Positions 37,650 through 50,457 are shown, numbered from the whole stretch's first letter. The stretch is DNA of 63,262 bases, filler included, from Octopus bimaculoides (GCF_001194135.2; 5 parts of 5 records of this genome joined end to end with filler, not necessarily neighbours in it); one strand, 5' to 3'. Made by a program: numbers and translations. The notes: generated by a model from the sequence alone, not told the origin.

Positions 37650-39590
37650 AGTGGGCCAAGAATGTGGATTTAGCATGGAGAGGGGTAAGTGTTATAATTC
37701 TCAGCAGCTGTTATACAGAAGAGCTGTATAGCAAAACTAATAAGTAAATAAATATAATAAATCAGAGACAGGTATGCTGTTATCTAAAAAATGGAGAGAT
37801 AAGTAACTGAGGTAGTCAGCATATGCAATAGCATAATTGAGCTGAGAATAGTTATAAACAACCCAACAGCAACATTTATCTTTGCATACACAAAGAACCA
37901 CAGTTAGGCATAGGTTTAAAGATATTCTAATTCACATGTGACTTTAAGGAGAAATATTTAGATAGCTGTAGAATTGACAACAATTGGGAATTCCTATGAA
38001 ATAACCTGCTTAGGGCTACAGATCAGGCATATAGCAGGTGCAAAGTCCCAGTCAAATTGAATGTGACATAGTTGATAGGGCTATAAAGGTTAAGAGACAA
38101 GCTTAGTAAACCTAGAAGGAAGGTGGTAATAGAGAACATTAGCAGATATCAAGAAGAACAGCTGGGCAACAGTTCCACTTGGCTAAGAATGAAGCAAATA
38201 GAAAGATTTGCGCATGTCCTGCAATATTAGGTTCAAAAGTTTAAGGTATTTGGGATTGTTAGAGAGAGCTGAGATGTCACTGGAATAAAGTGTATTCAAA
38301 ATGAAGGTACACTTACCATCACTATGAAACATAACACAGTGGCATTGAAGTACTATTATGAGAAACTGTTTGAACAAGAAAAATGCATGGAATAAAGAGT
38401 GGCTACCTCATGCTGACCTGAGGTACCAGCAATTCAAATTGGCGGCAGTGTGGTAGATAAAATGATTATGGGTATGAAGAGAAGGAAAGCTGCTGGTCTT
38501 TCAGAGATAGTTGCAGAAATACTCAGAATATCTCATGAGGTAAGATACAGATAGTTAACCAAGTAATAGAGGAAGGTATCATATCCAATGGCTGGCATAG
38601 CAGCAGCATCATAAACTGCTCCAAAAGCAAAGGAGATGCCTTAGAGAGAAGAATGATAGAAAAATCAAACTACTGGATCAGGTTATGAAAGTCATGGAGT
38701 GAGACAAACACGATTGACAACAGTGTAAAAGTAGATGAGATGCAGTTTGGCTTTTTCTTGTAAGATGTACCATGGATGCAGTTTTTCTAGTGAGGCAACT
38801 TCAAGGAAAATGCATGGCTAAGAACAAACCATTATTCCTGGCATTCATTGACTTGGAGAAGGCATTTGACAGGATACCATGTTCAGTAATTTGATAGTCA
38901 CTAAGGAAACTAGGTGTAGGTGAATGGCTTGTTAGGGTTGCACTAATTATGTTCAAAGATACAGTCATCAGTATGAGAATCAATGATTTTAGTGACAAAT
39001 TTAACATGGACAGGAGTTCATGAAGGCTCGGTCCTCTCCTATTCATCATAATACTGCAGGCCATAACAAGAGTTTAAGACTGAATGTCCATGGAAACTCC
39101 TATGTACAGACAGTCTCGTTCTCATAGCTGAATCTATAAGGGAATTAGAGAGTAAATCCCTGGTATGGAAGATAAACTTAGAATAGAGACATCTTCAGGT
39201 AAATATAGCAAAGACTAAAGAGGAAAGAAGACAGAACCCTGGTATCTTCAAGAAAATAACTTTTCTTAATATGCAAAAAGGAAGTAGTTATAAACTTGAT
39301 ATGCTATGCCCTGTGTAAGCTACAGGCATACAAGTGGTGGAATGGAAATAACAGACAAAGTAGACTTTATATGTGACAGATGCACTGGAACAATACATTC
39401 TATGAGCAGACAAGAAATAGATTCTCTTAAATACTGAAATGGTTTACTAGAAGTAGTTGATAGCTTTTGTTGCCTAGATGACATAATAGATGTCAGGAAG
39501 GCACTTGCTCTGAAAATATTGTAGTCGGGGTAAGAACCCTTGAAAAAAGTACTTGGGGTTATTACCATTGCTGGTAACAATGGTCTTTTC
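37650..39590 (+). mobile_element. Old, heavily decayed RTE LINE (APE through RT to post-RT)
   Basis: GMLLSKKWRDKV.EVV.IC..LRIV..ATFIFAY (APE); FLAFIDLEKAFDR; LLFIIILQAIT; collinear with the 39923-42570 copy. Confidence 0.8.
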
Positions 39591-39591
39591 T

Positions 39592-39922
39592 GATGATGTT
39601 ATTGTTTTTTAGGCCCAAGAGAACATCTTTTCCAGTTGGCTATTGGCACTCATTTTACACCCATATAGTATTTGCAAGGGATATCATCACTCCCATCTCT
39701 AGCCTTACGGGATACTCACAGGCCTAGGTTTCTGGGTGGTTGCCTGTCCTCAGTGTGAGTTAATCACTGGTGAGTGATGAAGGCTCTCTCCACTTGCAAA
39801 TACTATAAATTTTTTTAAGCTATCTCATCGCTGATCTCGTAAAAGGAAAAACATTTGTTTTAAATCTCTAAGCAAGTGATATGTAGTAACAGTACTGAAT
39901 AGTAAAGTTTATTTGCCAACAT
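39592..39922. repeat. ~330-bp repeat X, copy 1 (copies 2 and 3 at 42565-42902 and 42904-43254)
   Basis: Three mutually alignable copies. Internal inverted repeat TATAGTATTTGCAAG / CTTGCAAATACTATA; common 3' end AGTAAAGTTTATTTGCCA(A/C)CATA. Confidence 0.9.
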
Positions 39923-42570
39923 AGAGGGTAACTGGAAATTCCTGCATGACAGCTAACTGAGTGCCACAGACCGAATCTGCAGCTGGTGCAAAGACCCTTC
40001 CAGACCTAGGGTAATGTGGTGGTGGAATAATACTGTAGACAGGGCCATTAGAGCAAAGAAACAGGCCTGGAAAACCTGGAAGAGCTGGGGTAGCAGGAAA
40101 CTGTACCAGATAGCCAGAAGGAAGGCTAGGAAACAGGTATATATATAGCCAAGGGAGAAGCAGAAAAGAAAAAGTTTGCTAATGTTCAGTGACATGAGGA
40201 CCAAAGAACTGAAGTATTTCGGATTGCAAGACAATGTATGAGAGAAAATTGTGATGTCATAGGAGAGAAATGTGTTCATATAGATGATGGTGCACTTGCA
40301 TTTAATGATTCTACAAAGAAAATGGCTTGGAGATGCCATTATGAAAGACTGCTGAATGTGAAGAATGAATGGGAGGAGAGTCTGCCAAATGTTGACCCAG
40401 TTGAGGGACCAGCTATCTGAATAAATAGCACCCTGGTAGATAAAGCAATTAAGGATATGAAGTCAGAGAAAGCCCCCGGCCCATCAGGAATCACTACTAA
40501 GATGCTTAAAATACCTGGTGGTGTGGGTTATAGTCTAGTCACCCGTATTGTAATTCAGGTAATTCACAAAGGAGTCATACCCACTGACTGGTGTAGCAGC
40601 ATTATAGTCAACTGCTACAAAGGTAAAGGTGATGCTTTAGATAGAAATAACTACAAGGGTATCAAATTGCTGGATCAGGTGATGAAGGTCACAGAAAAGA
40701 TCATAGTCCAACTAATTAGGGAAAGAGTTATCCTAGATGAGATGCAGTTTGGTTTTGTGCCAGGTAGAAGCACCACTGATGCTATATTTCTGGTAAGGCA
40801 GCTGCAGGAGAAATACCAAGCCAAAGATACTTGGCTTTTGTTGACCTGGAGAAAGCCTTGGACAGGGTACCTCATTCTCTTATCTGGTGAGCATAGTGGA
40901 AACTAAGGATAGACGAGTGGTTAGTAAGAGCTGTACAGAGATGCTGTCAATAAAGTGAGGGTCAGCAATGAGTTTAGTAAAGAATTCCGGGTAGAAGTAG
41001 GGGTTCCCCAAAGATCAATCCCCAGCCCCCTCTTATTCATCATAGTCCTCCAGGCAATAACACAGGAATTCAAGACAGGTTGCCCCTGGAAGCTCCTCTA
41101 TGCTGATGACCTTGCTTTCATAGCTGAATCACTCCCAGAACTAGAGATGAAATTTCAGGAGTGGAAGCAAGGTCCTTAGAGTCAATGTAACAAGGGCCTT
41201 AGAGTCAATGTAACTAAAGCCAAAGTCTTAGTAAGTAGGAAGGCGGACAAATCACAAAACCCTTCAAGTAGATGGCCCTGCTCGATCTATAGAAAAGGTG
41301 TAGGTAGAAACTCCATAAGATGTACCCAGTGTAAGCTATGGACACATAAGAGATGCAGCAATATCAAAGGTAAATTAACTGGCATGATAGTTTTTCTGTG
41401 TGGCAGATGCACAGGGGCAAAAAACACAGAAGATGTTCAGAAAACAGATTGCATCACATGCCAGAGGGAGAAACTAGAAGTAGTTGATAGATTCAGCTTC
41501 TTAAGTGACCAAGTCTGTTGTGGGAGTGGATGCTCTGAGAGTATTGCCACTAGAATAAGAATAGCCTGGGCAAAGTTCAGAAAGCTCCTACCTCTACTGG
41601 TAACAAAGAGCCTCTTGCTCAGAATGAAAGGTAGACTGTATGATGCATGTGTGCATACTCCCATGCTACACAGCAGTGAAACATGGGCCATGACTGTTGA
41701 GGACATACACAGGCTTGAAAGAAATGAAGCTAGTATGATCTGCTGGATGTGTAATGTCAGTGTGCACACACGACAGAGTGTAAGCGCCCTGAGAGAAATG
41801 TTAGACATAAGAAGCGTCAGATGTGGTGCACAAGAGAGACAACTGTGCTGGTATGGTCATGTGCTGTGTATGGATGAGGATAGCTCTGTGAAGAAGTGTC
41901 ACACCCTAACAGTGGGGCCCATGGAAGAGGGAGACCTAGGAAGACATGGGATGAGGTAGTGAAGCACGACCTTCGAATGTTGGGCCTCACAGAGGCAATG
42001 ACAAGAGACCAAGACTTTTGGAGATATGCTGTGATTGAGAAGACCCGGCAAGTAAAGTGAGATCACACCCATAGCCTATACCAGTGTCACATAACCAGCC
42101 CATTTTAAAAGTACCCTTGAATCACCGGGTGATGTGCTGTGCTTGAGAAGATCTATTGAGTCAAGTTAAATCAAAAATGAAAATCAAAAGCAAATCAAGA
42201 TCAAAATCAAAATGGAAATTGTAGTTGTGGATGATGCCAGGGCCACCTGATAGGCACCCATGCTGGTGGCACATAATAAGCACTATCCAAGCATCGGTCA
42301 ATGCCAGTGCTGCCTGATTAGCTCCTGTGCCAGTGGCACACAAAAAGCACCATCCAAATGTGGTCGATGCCAGTGCCACCCGACTGGCTCCCATGCCAGT
42401 GGTACATAAAAAGCACCCACTACACTCTCAGAGTGGTTGGCATTAGGAAGGGCATCTAGCTGTAAAAATCTTGCCAGATCAGATTGGAGCCTGGCGCAGC
42501 CTACTGGGTCGCCAATCCCCAATCAAACCAACCAGCCCATGCCAGCATAGAAAACAGACGTTAAACAAGG
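39923..42570 (+). mobile_element. 5'-truncated RTE LINE with RT, zinc-finger-like insert region, 3'UTR and GATGATG tail; inactive
   Basis: KAPGPSGIT..YKGKGDALDRNNYKGIKLLD..QFGFVPGRSTTDAIFLVRQLQEKY..PLLFIIVLQAIT..LLYADDL..RIRIAWAKF..SETWAMT..WYGHV; stops and frameshifts present. Confidence 0.93.
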
Positions 42571-43248
42571 ATGATGTTACTGTCTTTTAGCCCCAGGAAA
42601 ACGTCTTTTCCAGTTGGTTATCGGCACACATTTTGCACCCATATAGTATTTGCAAGGGTGGTCATTGCTCTTATCTGTAGCCTTATGTGATACTCACAGA
42701 CCTAGGTTTCATAGTGGTTACCTGTCCTCAGTGTGAGTTAATCACCAGCGAGCAATGAAAGCTCTCCCCACTTGCAAATACTATATATTATTTAAGCAAC
42801 ACACAGTTGTTGATCTTGTGAAAAGAAAAACAACTTGCTTTAATTCTTTCAGCAAGAGATATGCAGTAACAGTACTGAACAGTAAAGTTTATTTGCCACC
42901 ATAATGTGGCAGTCCTATACAAGGACAATGTTACTGTCTTTTAGCCCGAGGAAAACATTTTTTCCAGTTGGCTATTAGCACAAATTTTGCTCCCATATAG
43001 TATTTGCAAGGGAGGTCATCACTCCCATCTCTAGCCTTACGTGATACTCACAGACCTACGCTTCTGGATAGTTACCCATCCTCTGTGTAATTTAATCACC
43101 AGCGAGTGATGAAGGCTCTCCCCTTGCTAATACTATATATTTTTTAAGCAATGCACAGTTGCTTATCTGGCAAAGAGAAAAACAACTTGTTTTAAATCTC
43201 TGAGCAAGAGATATGCAGTAACAATACTGAATAGTAAAGTTTATTTGC

Positions 43249-43254
<6 letters not shown>
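42565..43254. repeat. Repeat X tandem dimer (copies 2 and 3)
   Basis: See copy 1; followed by (TA)n. Confidence 0.9.
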
Positions 43255-43297
<43 letters not shown>

Positions 43298-43300
<3 letters not shown>

Positions 43301-44629
43301 CATCTCCATAAAGTCTCTTTACAATTTCAAAAATTTATTGCAAGAGCAAATAGATAGATAAATCTGTGAAAATTATTACAAAATGAGGAATAGATACTGA
43401 ATTTTTTTTCCTCATTTAATATATGGGCACCATTAGTTGCACAAAGCACATCATGACAGTAATCAATTTCCTGCCATGCTCGCTGTAGCATATCCTTATC
43501 AACGGTGGCAATGGAATTCAGGGATCCTTTGCTTCAGGTCATTGATGTCCCATATCTTTGTTCGATACATGATGTTTTTAACATAACCCCATAGAAAAAT
43601 GCCCAGGGGAGTGATATCCGGGGAACAAGATAGCCAGAGAATTGGGCCATCCATTCCAATCCACTAGTCTGGAAATGTTTGATTTAGGAAGTCACAAACA
43701 TGCAGTCCTCACTGTAGTGGTGCACCATCCTGCTGGAAAATGATAGTTGGTTGAAGGTCATCCAGCTGTGGTGCCACACATTCAGTCAAAAGGTCATGGT
43801 AAACATTTGCAAAAACTGATCTCTCTGTGAAGAAAAATGTACCAATGATTTGATTACACATCATCCCACGCTAGATATTTACTTTTGGACTATCACAGTG
43901 AAGTTCCCTAGTCACATGGAGGTGTTCTGATCGCAAGATCCTCACATAATGTGTGTTCAGTTTCCATGAAACACGAAAGGTTGCCTCATCACTAAAACAA
44001 ACTTGGGTGAGAAATGCTGCATCCTCAGAAATTCGTTCCAGCATGTTAACTGCAAACTCTTTTTCATCTCAGTTTATCATTTGGTTCAAGTGCCTGTAAG
44101 AGTTGCACTTTGTAAGCATACAATCACAAGTTATTGTGTAGGATTTTGTGCACTGTTGAACATGGTAGCTGTAACTATCTGGCAGCAGTACATATGGACT
44201 CAGTAGGAGAACTAGCAAAGGTTTGTCTTACACAATCAATGTTTTCCTCAGATAATTTTGGTCATTCACTCCTCCCTTTATCCAACGCTGTTCTTGTTTC
44301 TATAAGTTTCTTGTGTTATGCACCAACTGACAGACGTGATGGTGGATGTCTTCCATACTTAATCCTGTAGTTTCACTGGGTTTGCATGTCCAATTCTGTT
44401 TTTAATAAACCATGATACACATTGTGCCTTTTATTAAGGAGTAGTGATTTTTTTAGGGTTTCATTTAACAGAACCTTTTCCATCAACAGAGTACCTGAAA
44501 AACATAAATGCAATGTGGTTAAACACTTTCACAACCACTGAGTACATAGAACAAATCTGATAAACATATCCCATCAATTGCCTTTGTAATAATTTTTTGA
44601 AATTGTAAAGTGACTTTATAGACAGCCTG
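43298..44629 (-). mobile_element. Full-length Tc1/mariner DNA transposon, DD41D (rosa/Visitor) type; transposase pseudogene
   Basis: ~50-bp imperfect TIRs (CAG..ATAAAGTC.CTTTACAATTTCAAAAA.TTATT.CAA) with TA flanks. Minus strand gives CFSDEATF, FQQDGAP, WIG..GP..W..SPDITPL(G)IFLWGYVK. There are 41 residues from the second D to the third catalytic position, which is now GGC. Confidence 0.9.
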
Positions 44630-45802
44630 TATATATGTGTGTGTGTGTAGTGTCAGGTGTGGTGTATAGATATTGAATACACATACACACAAACAGCACT
44701 TTATTAGTTTAAAATTTTAAAACCCATCTAATCAGGTTAACCTAAATTTACATTTAATTTTCAACAACTCTAACTTGACATCCTCCCATTAGTAACATCT
44801 CTCAATCTATCAGTGTTTATATCCTGGATAATAAGAGCATTCCTGACCACTACAATGTGACTACAACTAGTATCCTTTTATTTTCTAATATAATCCACCA
44901 CCACCACTATGCTAGATAGCAACAACCAACATAACTGTCTTAGACTGACCATGTCCATAAAAAAAACCATAACAAATTTCAACACAATGGCTGGAGAATA
45001 TCTAACCTATATACAATATGGTAATAGGTGCTTACCTGACTACAAACACTAAGGTTTTAGGACTCTCCCTCTTCCAAATTTGGCAATACAATGCCCCTAC
45101 ATCTAGTAAGTGACTTTTATACCATCTCCTTACCTACTTTCACCCCTTTGTAGTTTGTCTTCCTCAGTTCTTTATTCTACTTGCATATTTCCATCTTCTC
45201 TTCCTACCTTCCCCATGCAATAGCCATTCCTTCAGTACTCTGCTTGTTATAACCAGAAATGGCTCTGACAAAAATAGCATTAATTTTCTTAGGTTGTTGA
45301 ATTTTCCCCAATTGATCAATAGACCAGTTGAGTAAACTTATCAGTAATGTACCTATAATGACTACTGGAAATAGTTGTAAGCCAAATTTGCTCCAATAAA
45401 TGAAAAATATGTAATGACTATTATTTTTAACTTGTTTCTTATATATATCACTCTATGTGAAAACCAGTTTGTCTGGAGCCCATCCACAGATTTACAATAT
45501 AGAATTGTGATGGACCATAACCTTGGAACCTACCACAAGATTACCAGGAGTTCTTCACTAATCTAAGTAATATTGTTAGCCTGGTGTGCCAACAGAGAGC
45601 TACTTATGAAGTATTTTGCCCAGATTGATAATCCCTCACTATATACACATACACACCCACACACACATACATTTATATACACAATGCAGTGCCTCACCTA
45701 AATTTCTCCTCAAGCCATCCCCACCACCCAAATCTCTTTATAACTGACCACTCTATCACCTGCCTAACTATAGTATTCTGCTGTTGTAATTAAATATAAG
45801 CA

Positions 45803-46112
45803 GAATTCCGGGTAGAGGTAGGGGTCCACCAAGGTTCCGTCCTCAGCCCCCTATTATTTACCATAGTCCTCCAGGCAATCACAGAGGAGTTCAAGACAGG
45901 TTGCCCCTGGGAGCTCCTCTATGCTGATGACCTTGCCCTAATTGCGGAGTCACTATCAGAACTAGAGGAGAATTTTCAGGTGTGGAAGCAAGGTCTAGAA
46001 TTGAAGGGCCTTAGAGTCAACCTAGCTAAAACCAAAATCCTAATAAGTAGGAAGGTAGATAAAACACAAACCCCTTCAGGTAGATGGCCCTGCTCAGTAT
46101 GTAGAAAAGGAG
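45803..46112 (+). mobile_element. RTE RT fragment (younger copy), truncated by a gap
   Basis: EFRVEVGVHQGSVLSPLLFTIVLQAITEEFKTGCPWELLYADDLALIAESLSELEENFQVWKQGLE. Confidence 0.9.
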
Positions 46113-47373
46113 NNNNNNNNNNNNNNNNNNNNNNNNNNNNNNNNNNNNNNNNNNNNTTAATTAATTAANNNNNNNNNNNNNNNNNNNNNNNNNNNNNNNN
46201 NNNNNNNNNNNNATATCTGAAGGAGACGAAAATTGCCCCAGCAACAGCTAGAGAGAACGCTAGATGCATTTAAGTCCAATTGAGACTTATCAACAGTGCG
46301 TCGCATGAAGGCAAGCTTACTATCAGCATTATCTCCATTGAAGTACATTCGCATGTTGACGGTAAGACTCTGCCACTGAATGCGGAAACAAACATATTTT
46401 GAGACGGGCATTGAAGTGATCAACTCGGAATTACCGAGGAATTACAGTCAGGGTTTAACTATGCAAAAACAGAACCATATCCACTCTTCTACTACCTGTG
46501 CTTTGTCTTTAGTGTGTGCGTGGGTGTGAAATAGTTAAGTAACAGCAATGATATCATCATCTTTGATAAAAAGGTCGTAACAGGAAACTTGACAACTTCC
46601 GTTACTATCTGAGGTCCTCTTGATATTGCACAAAAATTATTCATATTATGTGAGGTCTAAGGGTAGCTTAAATATGCAGCTGCTGTTATTACGTATTGTT
46701 ATGATACCACTTCATACCACTGTAAAAGCCATGAGCCGTCTTAGGTGAGCGTCTGGCTGCTTTGTCTAGCATATAGTACAAAATATGCCTTGTCTAGCAT
46801 ATCGTATAGAATATCTGCCCTGTACTATCAATAGCATCACTAAAGAAGAGTCTTCCTTGGCTATTTTCAATGCTGTTCATGGTGTCGTATGCTTATGGAC
46901 ATCTAACAAGCGAGGTTCATTTTACTCACAAACTGAAACAAGGCTTAAATATCATTGTTGATTGTTTCGAAAGATTTCTTGTACCACCTTCATATGTTAG
47001 TGTATATTTGGCAGCCACAACTAACCAATTATTAAGAGCCTAAAAATCTAAGAAGTTTCTTTGTGGGAATTTCTTTTGAGTGCATAAAATGTTGCACAGC
47101 ACAGAACCCACTTTCAGCGTAATGAGCTATACAAGGCAATGATACAACAGAGGATGAGACAACCAGAAAGCAACTGCATTTCAGGTTTTTATATGAGGTT
47201 ACCTTCCCTTAGAAGGAAATTCTAAGAACTGATGGTCTTTAACAGGTGCTACTACCCCAGGTCAGAACAGACCTAGGAGCAACAGTGGGTACGAGGTGGT
47301 CCGTATTCCCCTCGAAAACCTGGGTTTCCCGAATCAAGGACCCAATACCGGAGGAGTTTAAAGTCATACATAG

Positions 47374-47524
47374 CTAGGAGTGGCTGTGTGGTAAATAGCT
47401 TGCTTACCAACCACATGGTTCCTGTTTCAGTCCCACTGCATGGCATCTTGGGTAAGTGTCTTCTATTATAACCTCGAGCCGACCAAAGCCTTGTGAGTGG
47501 ATTTGGTAGACGGAAATTGAAAGA

Positions 47525-47558
<34 letters not shown>

Positions 47559-47763
47559 CATATGTTTATGTGTCTGTGCTTGTTCCCCCACCATCGCTTG
47601 ACAACCGATGTTGGTGTGCTTATGTACCCGTAACCCAGCGGTTCGGCAAACGGATCAATAGAATGAGTACTGGGCTTACAACGAATAAGTCCTGGGGTCG
47701 ATTTGTTCGACTAAAGGTGATGCTCCAGCATGGTCGCAGTCAGATAACTGAAACAAATAAAAG
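47374..47763 (+). mobile_element. SINE family C, full length, with internal (CA)n
   Basis: Collinear with 17896-18292. Confidence 0.9.
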
Positions 47764-48201
47764 NNNNNNNNNNNNNNNNNNNNNNNNNNNNNNNNNNNNN
47801 NNNNNNNNNNNNNNNNNNNNNNNNNNNNNNNNNNNNNNNNNNNNNNNNNNNNNNNNNNNNNNNNNNNNNNNNNNNNNNNNNNNNNNNNNNNNNNNNNNNN
47901 NNNNNNNNNNNNNNNNNNNNNNNNNNNNNNNNNNNNNNNNNNNNNNNNNNNNNNNNNNNNNNNNNNNNNNNNNNNNNNNNNNNNNNNNNNNNNNNNNNNN
48001 NNNNNNNNNNNNNNNNNNNNNNNNNNNNNNNNNNNNNNNNNNNNNNNNNNNNNNNNNNNNNNNNNNNNNNNNNNNNNNNNNNNNNNNNNNNNNNNNNNNN
48101 NNNNNNNNNNNNNNNNNNNNNNNNNNNNNNNNNNNNNNNNNNNNNNNNNNNNNNNNNNNNNNNNNNNNNNNNNNNNNNNNNNNNNNNNNNNNNNNNNNNN
48201 N

Positions 48202-48238
<37 letters not shown>

Positions 48239-48259
48239 TGTGTGTGTATGTATGTAACT

Positions 48260-48460
48260 ATACGTGTCTGCGCCTGTGTTTGTCCCCCACCGCCTGACAA
48301 CCGGTGATAGTGTGTTTGCGTCCACGACAAAAGAATAAATACAGGCTTAACAAAAAATAAGTGCTGAGATCGAGTCATTCGACTAAAACGTCTTCAAGAT
48401 GGTGCCCCAGGATGGCCGTAGTCTAATGAACGAAACAAGTAAAACGTAAGAGATAAAAGA
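48260..48460 (+). mobile_element. SINE family C 3' half
   Basis: TGTTTGTCCCC..TGACAACCG..AGGCTT..TCGACTAAAA..GAAACAAGTAAAA. Confidence 0.7.
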
Positions 48461-48705
48461 GGTAATATGTGTGTGTTTTTGAGCGTTTGAGTGTATGTGT
48501 GTGCTTGGGTATGTATAAGCCTGTGTGCGTGCGTGTACATGTGTATGTGTGTGCTTAGGTGTATGTGTACATGCATCTAACTGTCATTGTCTCTATGCAT
48601 CTATGTGTTTATGGACTTCTACATATTTTATGCGTGTGCTAACTCTATATCATCTCTGTCTCTTTACCCTTCTCCCTCCCTCTCTCTCTGTCTCTCTCTC
48701 TCTCT

Positions 48706-48744
<39 letters not shown>

Positions 48745-49178
48745 TCACTCTCTCTCTCTCTTTCTATCTTTGTTTCACCTACCATTCTATCAATTAAAGT
48801 TAAAATGAATCATTTACCCAATCATGACTGATTATATATTCATATAAATGCGATTAGCAGTTCAATTTGCATATATGTTTAAGATATCGGGGTGTATGTG
48901 TAGGGGCATTCGCCTATTTTAGCGAATTTAGGAGTTTCATGTATCTTATATGGCTTTTCTACGAAATAGTTGCCCCCACCCACCCACACGCATATCATTA
49001 TAAATATGCAGATAAATATATTTGTATATACATTGTCCGTCATACGCTGGTAGCCACACTGACAAATATATGTAAGCACTGATAGATTTAGTGCTATATT
49101 GGTATTTAAAGGATTGATAGAAAAATGACAGGAAAGCAGATAGGTAGAAAGCAGATATAGATAGACAAATAGACAAAC

Positions 49179-49235
<57 letters not shown>

Positions 49236-49985
49236 GATAGATAGCAATGATAGATAAAACCGATAGAGATGTAATTAATGGCGGAAAAATGAGGAAACAC
49301 GAAAGTAGAAGAAATAAAAAGAATAAGGCGGAGTAAAATGAGAAAGAGGCAGAAAGCAAACAATAGAGAGAGAGAGAGAGAGAGATAGATAGATGGATGG
49401 GTTGATACATAGTGAGTGAGTGAGAGAGAGAGAGAGGGGGGAGGAATGACAGAGAGGCTCTCTCAAGCAATAGGAAGTTATATAAAAGAAAATCAAAATT
49501 AAGATATTGAAAAAAAAAAAACATACAAAGATTTTAAGAAAGACAACTGAAGTTGGCGGAGGAAAGTGAAGAAAGAGAGAACATATGACGAGAGAGAGAG
49601 AAAGAGAGAGAGAGAAAGATAGATAGAGAGAGAGAGAGAGTAAAGAAGTAAAAGAGGAAGTGTGTATGTGTGTGTGAGTGTGTGTGTTGGCCGTGGAGAG
49701 GTGTAGGAGAGAATTGTGACAGCTGGTCAATAAAAAAATATGTATAATATATATTCAAGAGTAGCCTCATAATATTTTATAGTTAAACGTTAAAATTAAG
49801 TTTTCTCATTTCACTAGTAAATATTGATCAAGAATTTTCGTTTTTAATACGCACACACACACGCATACACACACTCACACAGGCTCACACGTTTATATGC
49901 ATGTTTGTATATGTATACCAAATAGATTTGTAACGTTTTACAATGCTAATATTAAAATGAATATATATTATAACATGAATATATA

Positions 49986-50333
49986 GGTGTGGCTGTGTGG
50001 TAAGAAGCTTGCATCCCAACCACATGGCTCTGGGTTCAGTCCCATTGCGTTTCACCTTGGGCAAGTGTCTTCTACTATTGCCTCGGGGAGATTCATCGTG
50101 ACACAGAGTGTGACAAGGCTGTCCCTTTGAAATGCAGGTACAACAGAAACAGGAGTGAGAGAAAGCTGTGATAAAAGAGTATAGCAAGGTTCACCACCAC
50201 CCCCTGCCGGAGAATAGTGGAGGATTTGGTGTTTTCGCTCAATAAACACTCACAACACCCGATCTGGGAATCGAAACCGCGATCCTACGAGCGCGAGTCC
50301 GCTGCCCTAACTACTGGGCCGTTGTGCCTCCAC
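49986..50333. mobile_element. Fusion of SINE C head (plus, 49986-50087) and SINE family D (minus, 50082-50333)
   Basis: The C head runs to TATTGCCTCGGG. The D head on the minus strand is GTGGAGGCACAACGGCCCAGTAGTTAGGGCAGCGGACTCG..GGTTTCGATTCCC. Confidence 0.8.
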
Positions 50334-50398
50334 TTATATACATATAAATATACCCATATACATATATATGTATACATACATACATACATATATATATG

Positions 50399-50457
<59 letters not shown>

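Noticed and set aside
37580-37684. Apparent plus-strand exon with strong GTAAGT donor (ELIFKCLKLKKGK..DLAWRG)
   Set aside because: VDL..WRG and the downstream GMLLSKKWRDK match the start of the old RTE endonuclease.
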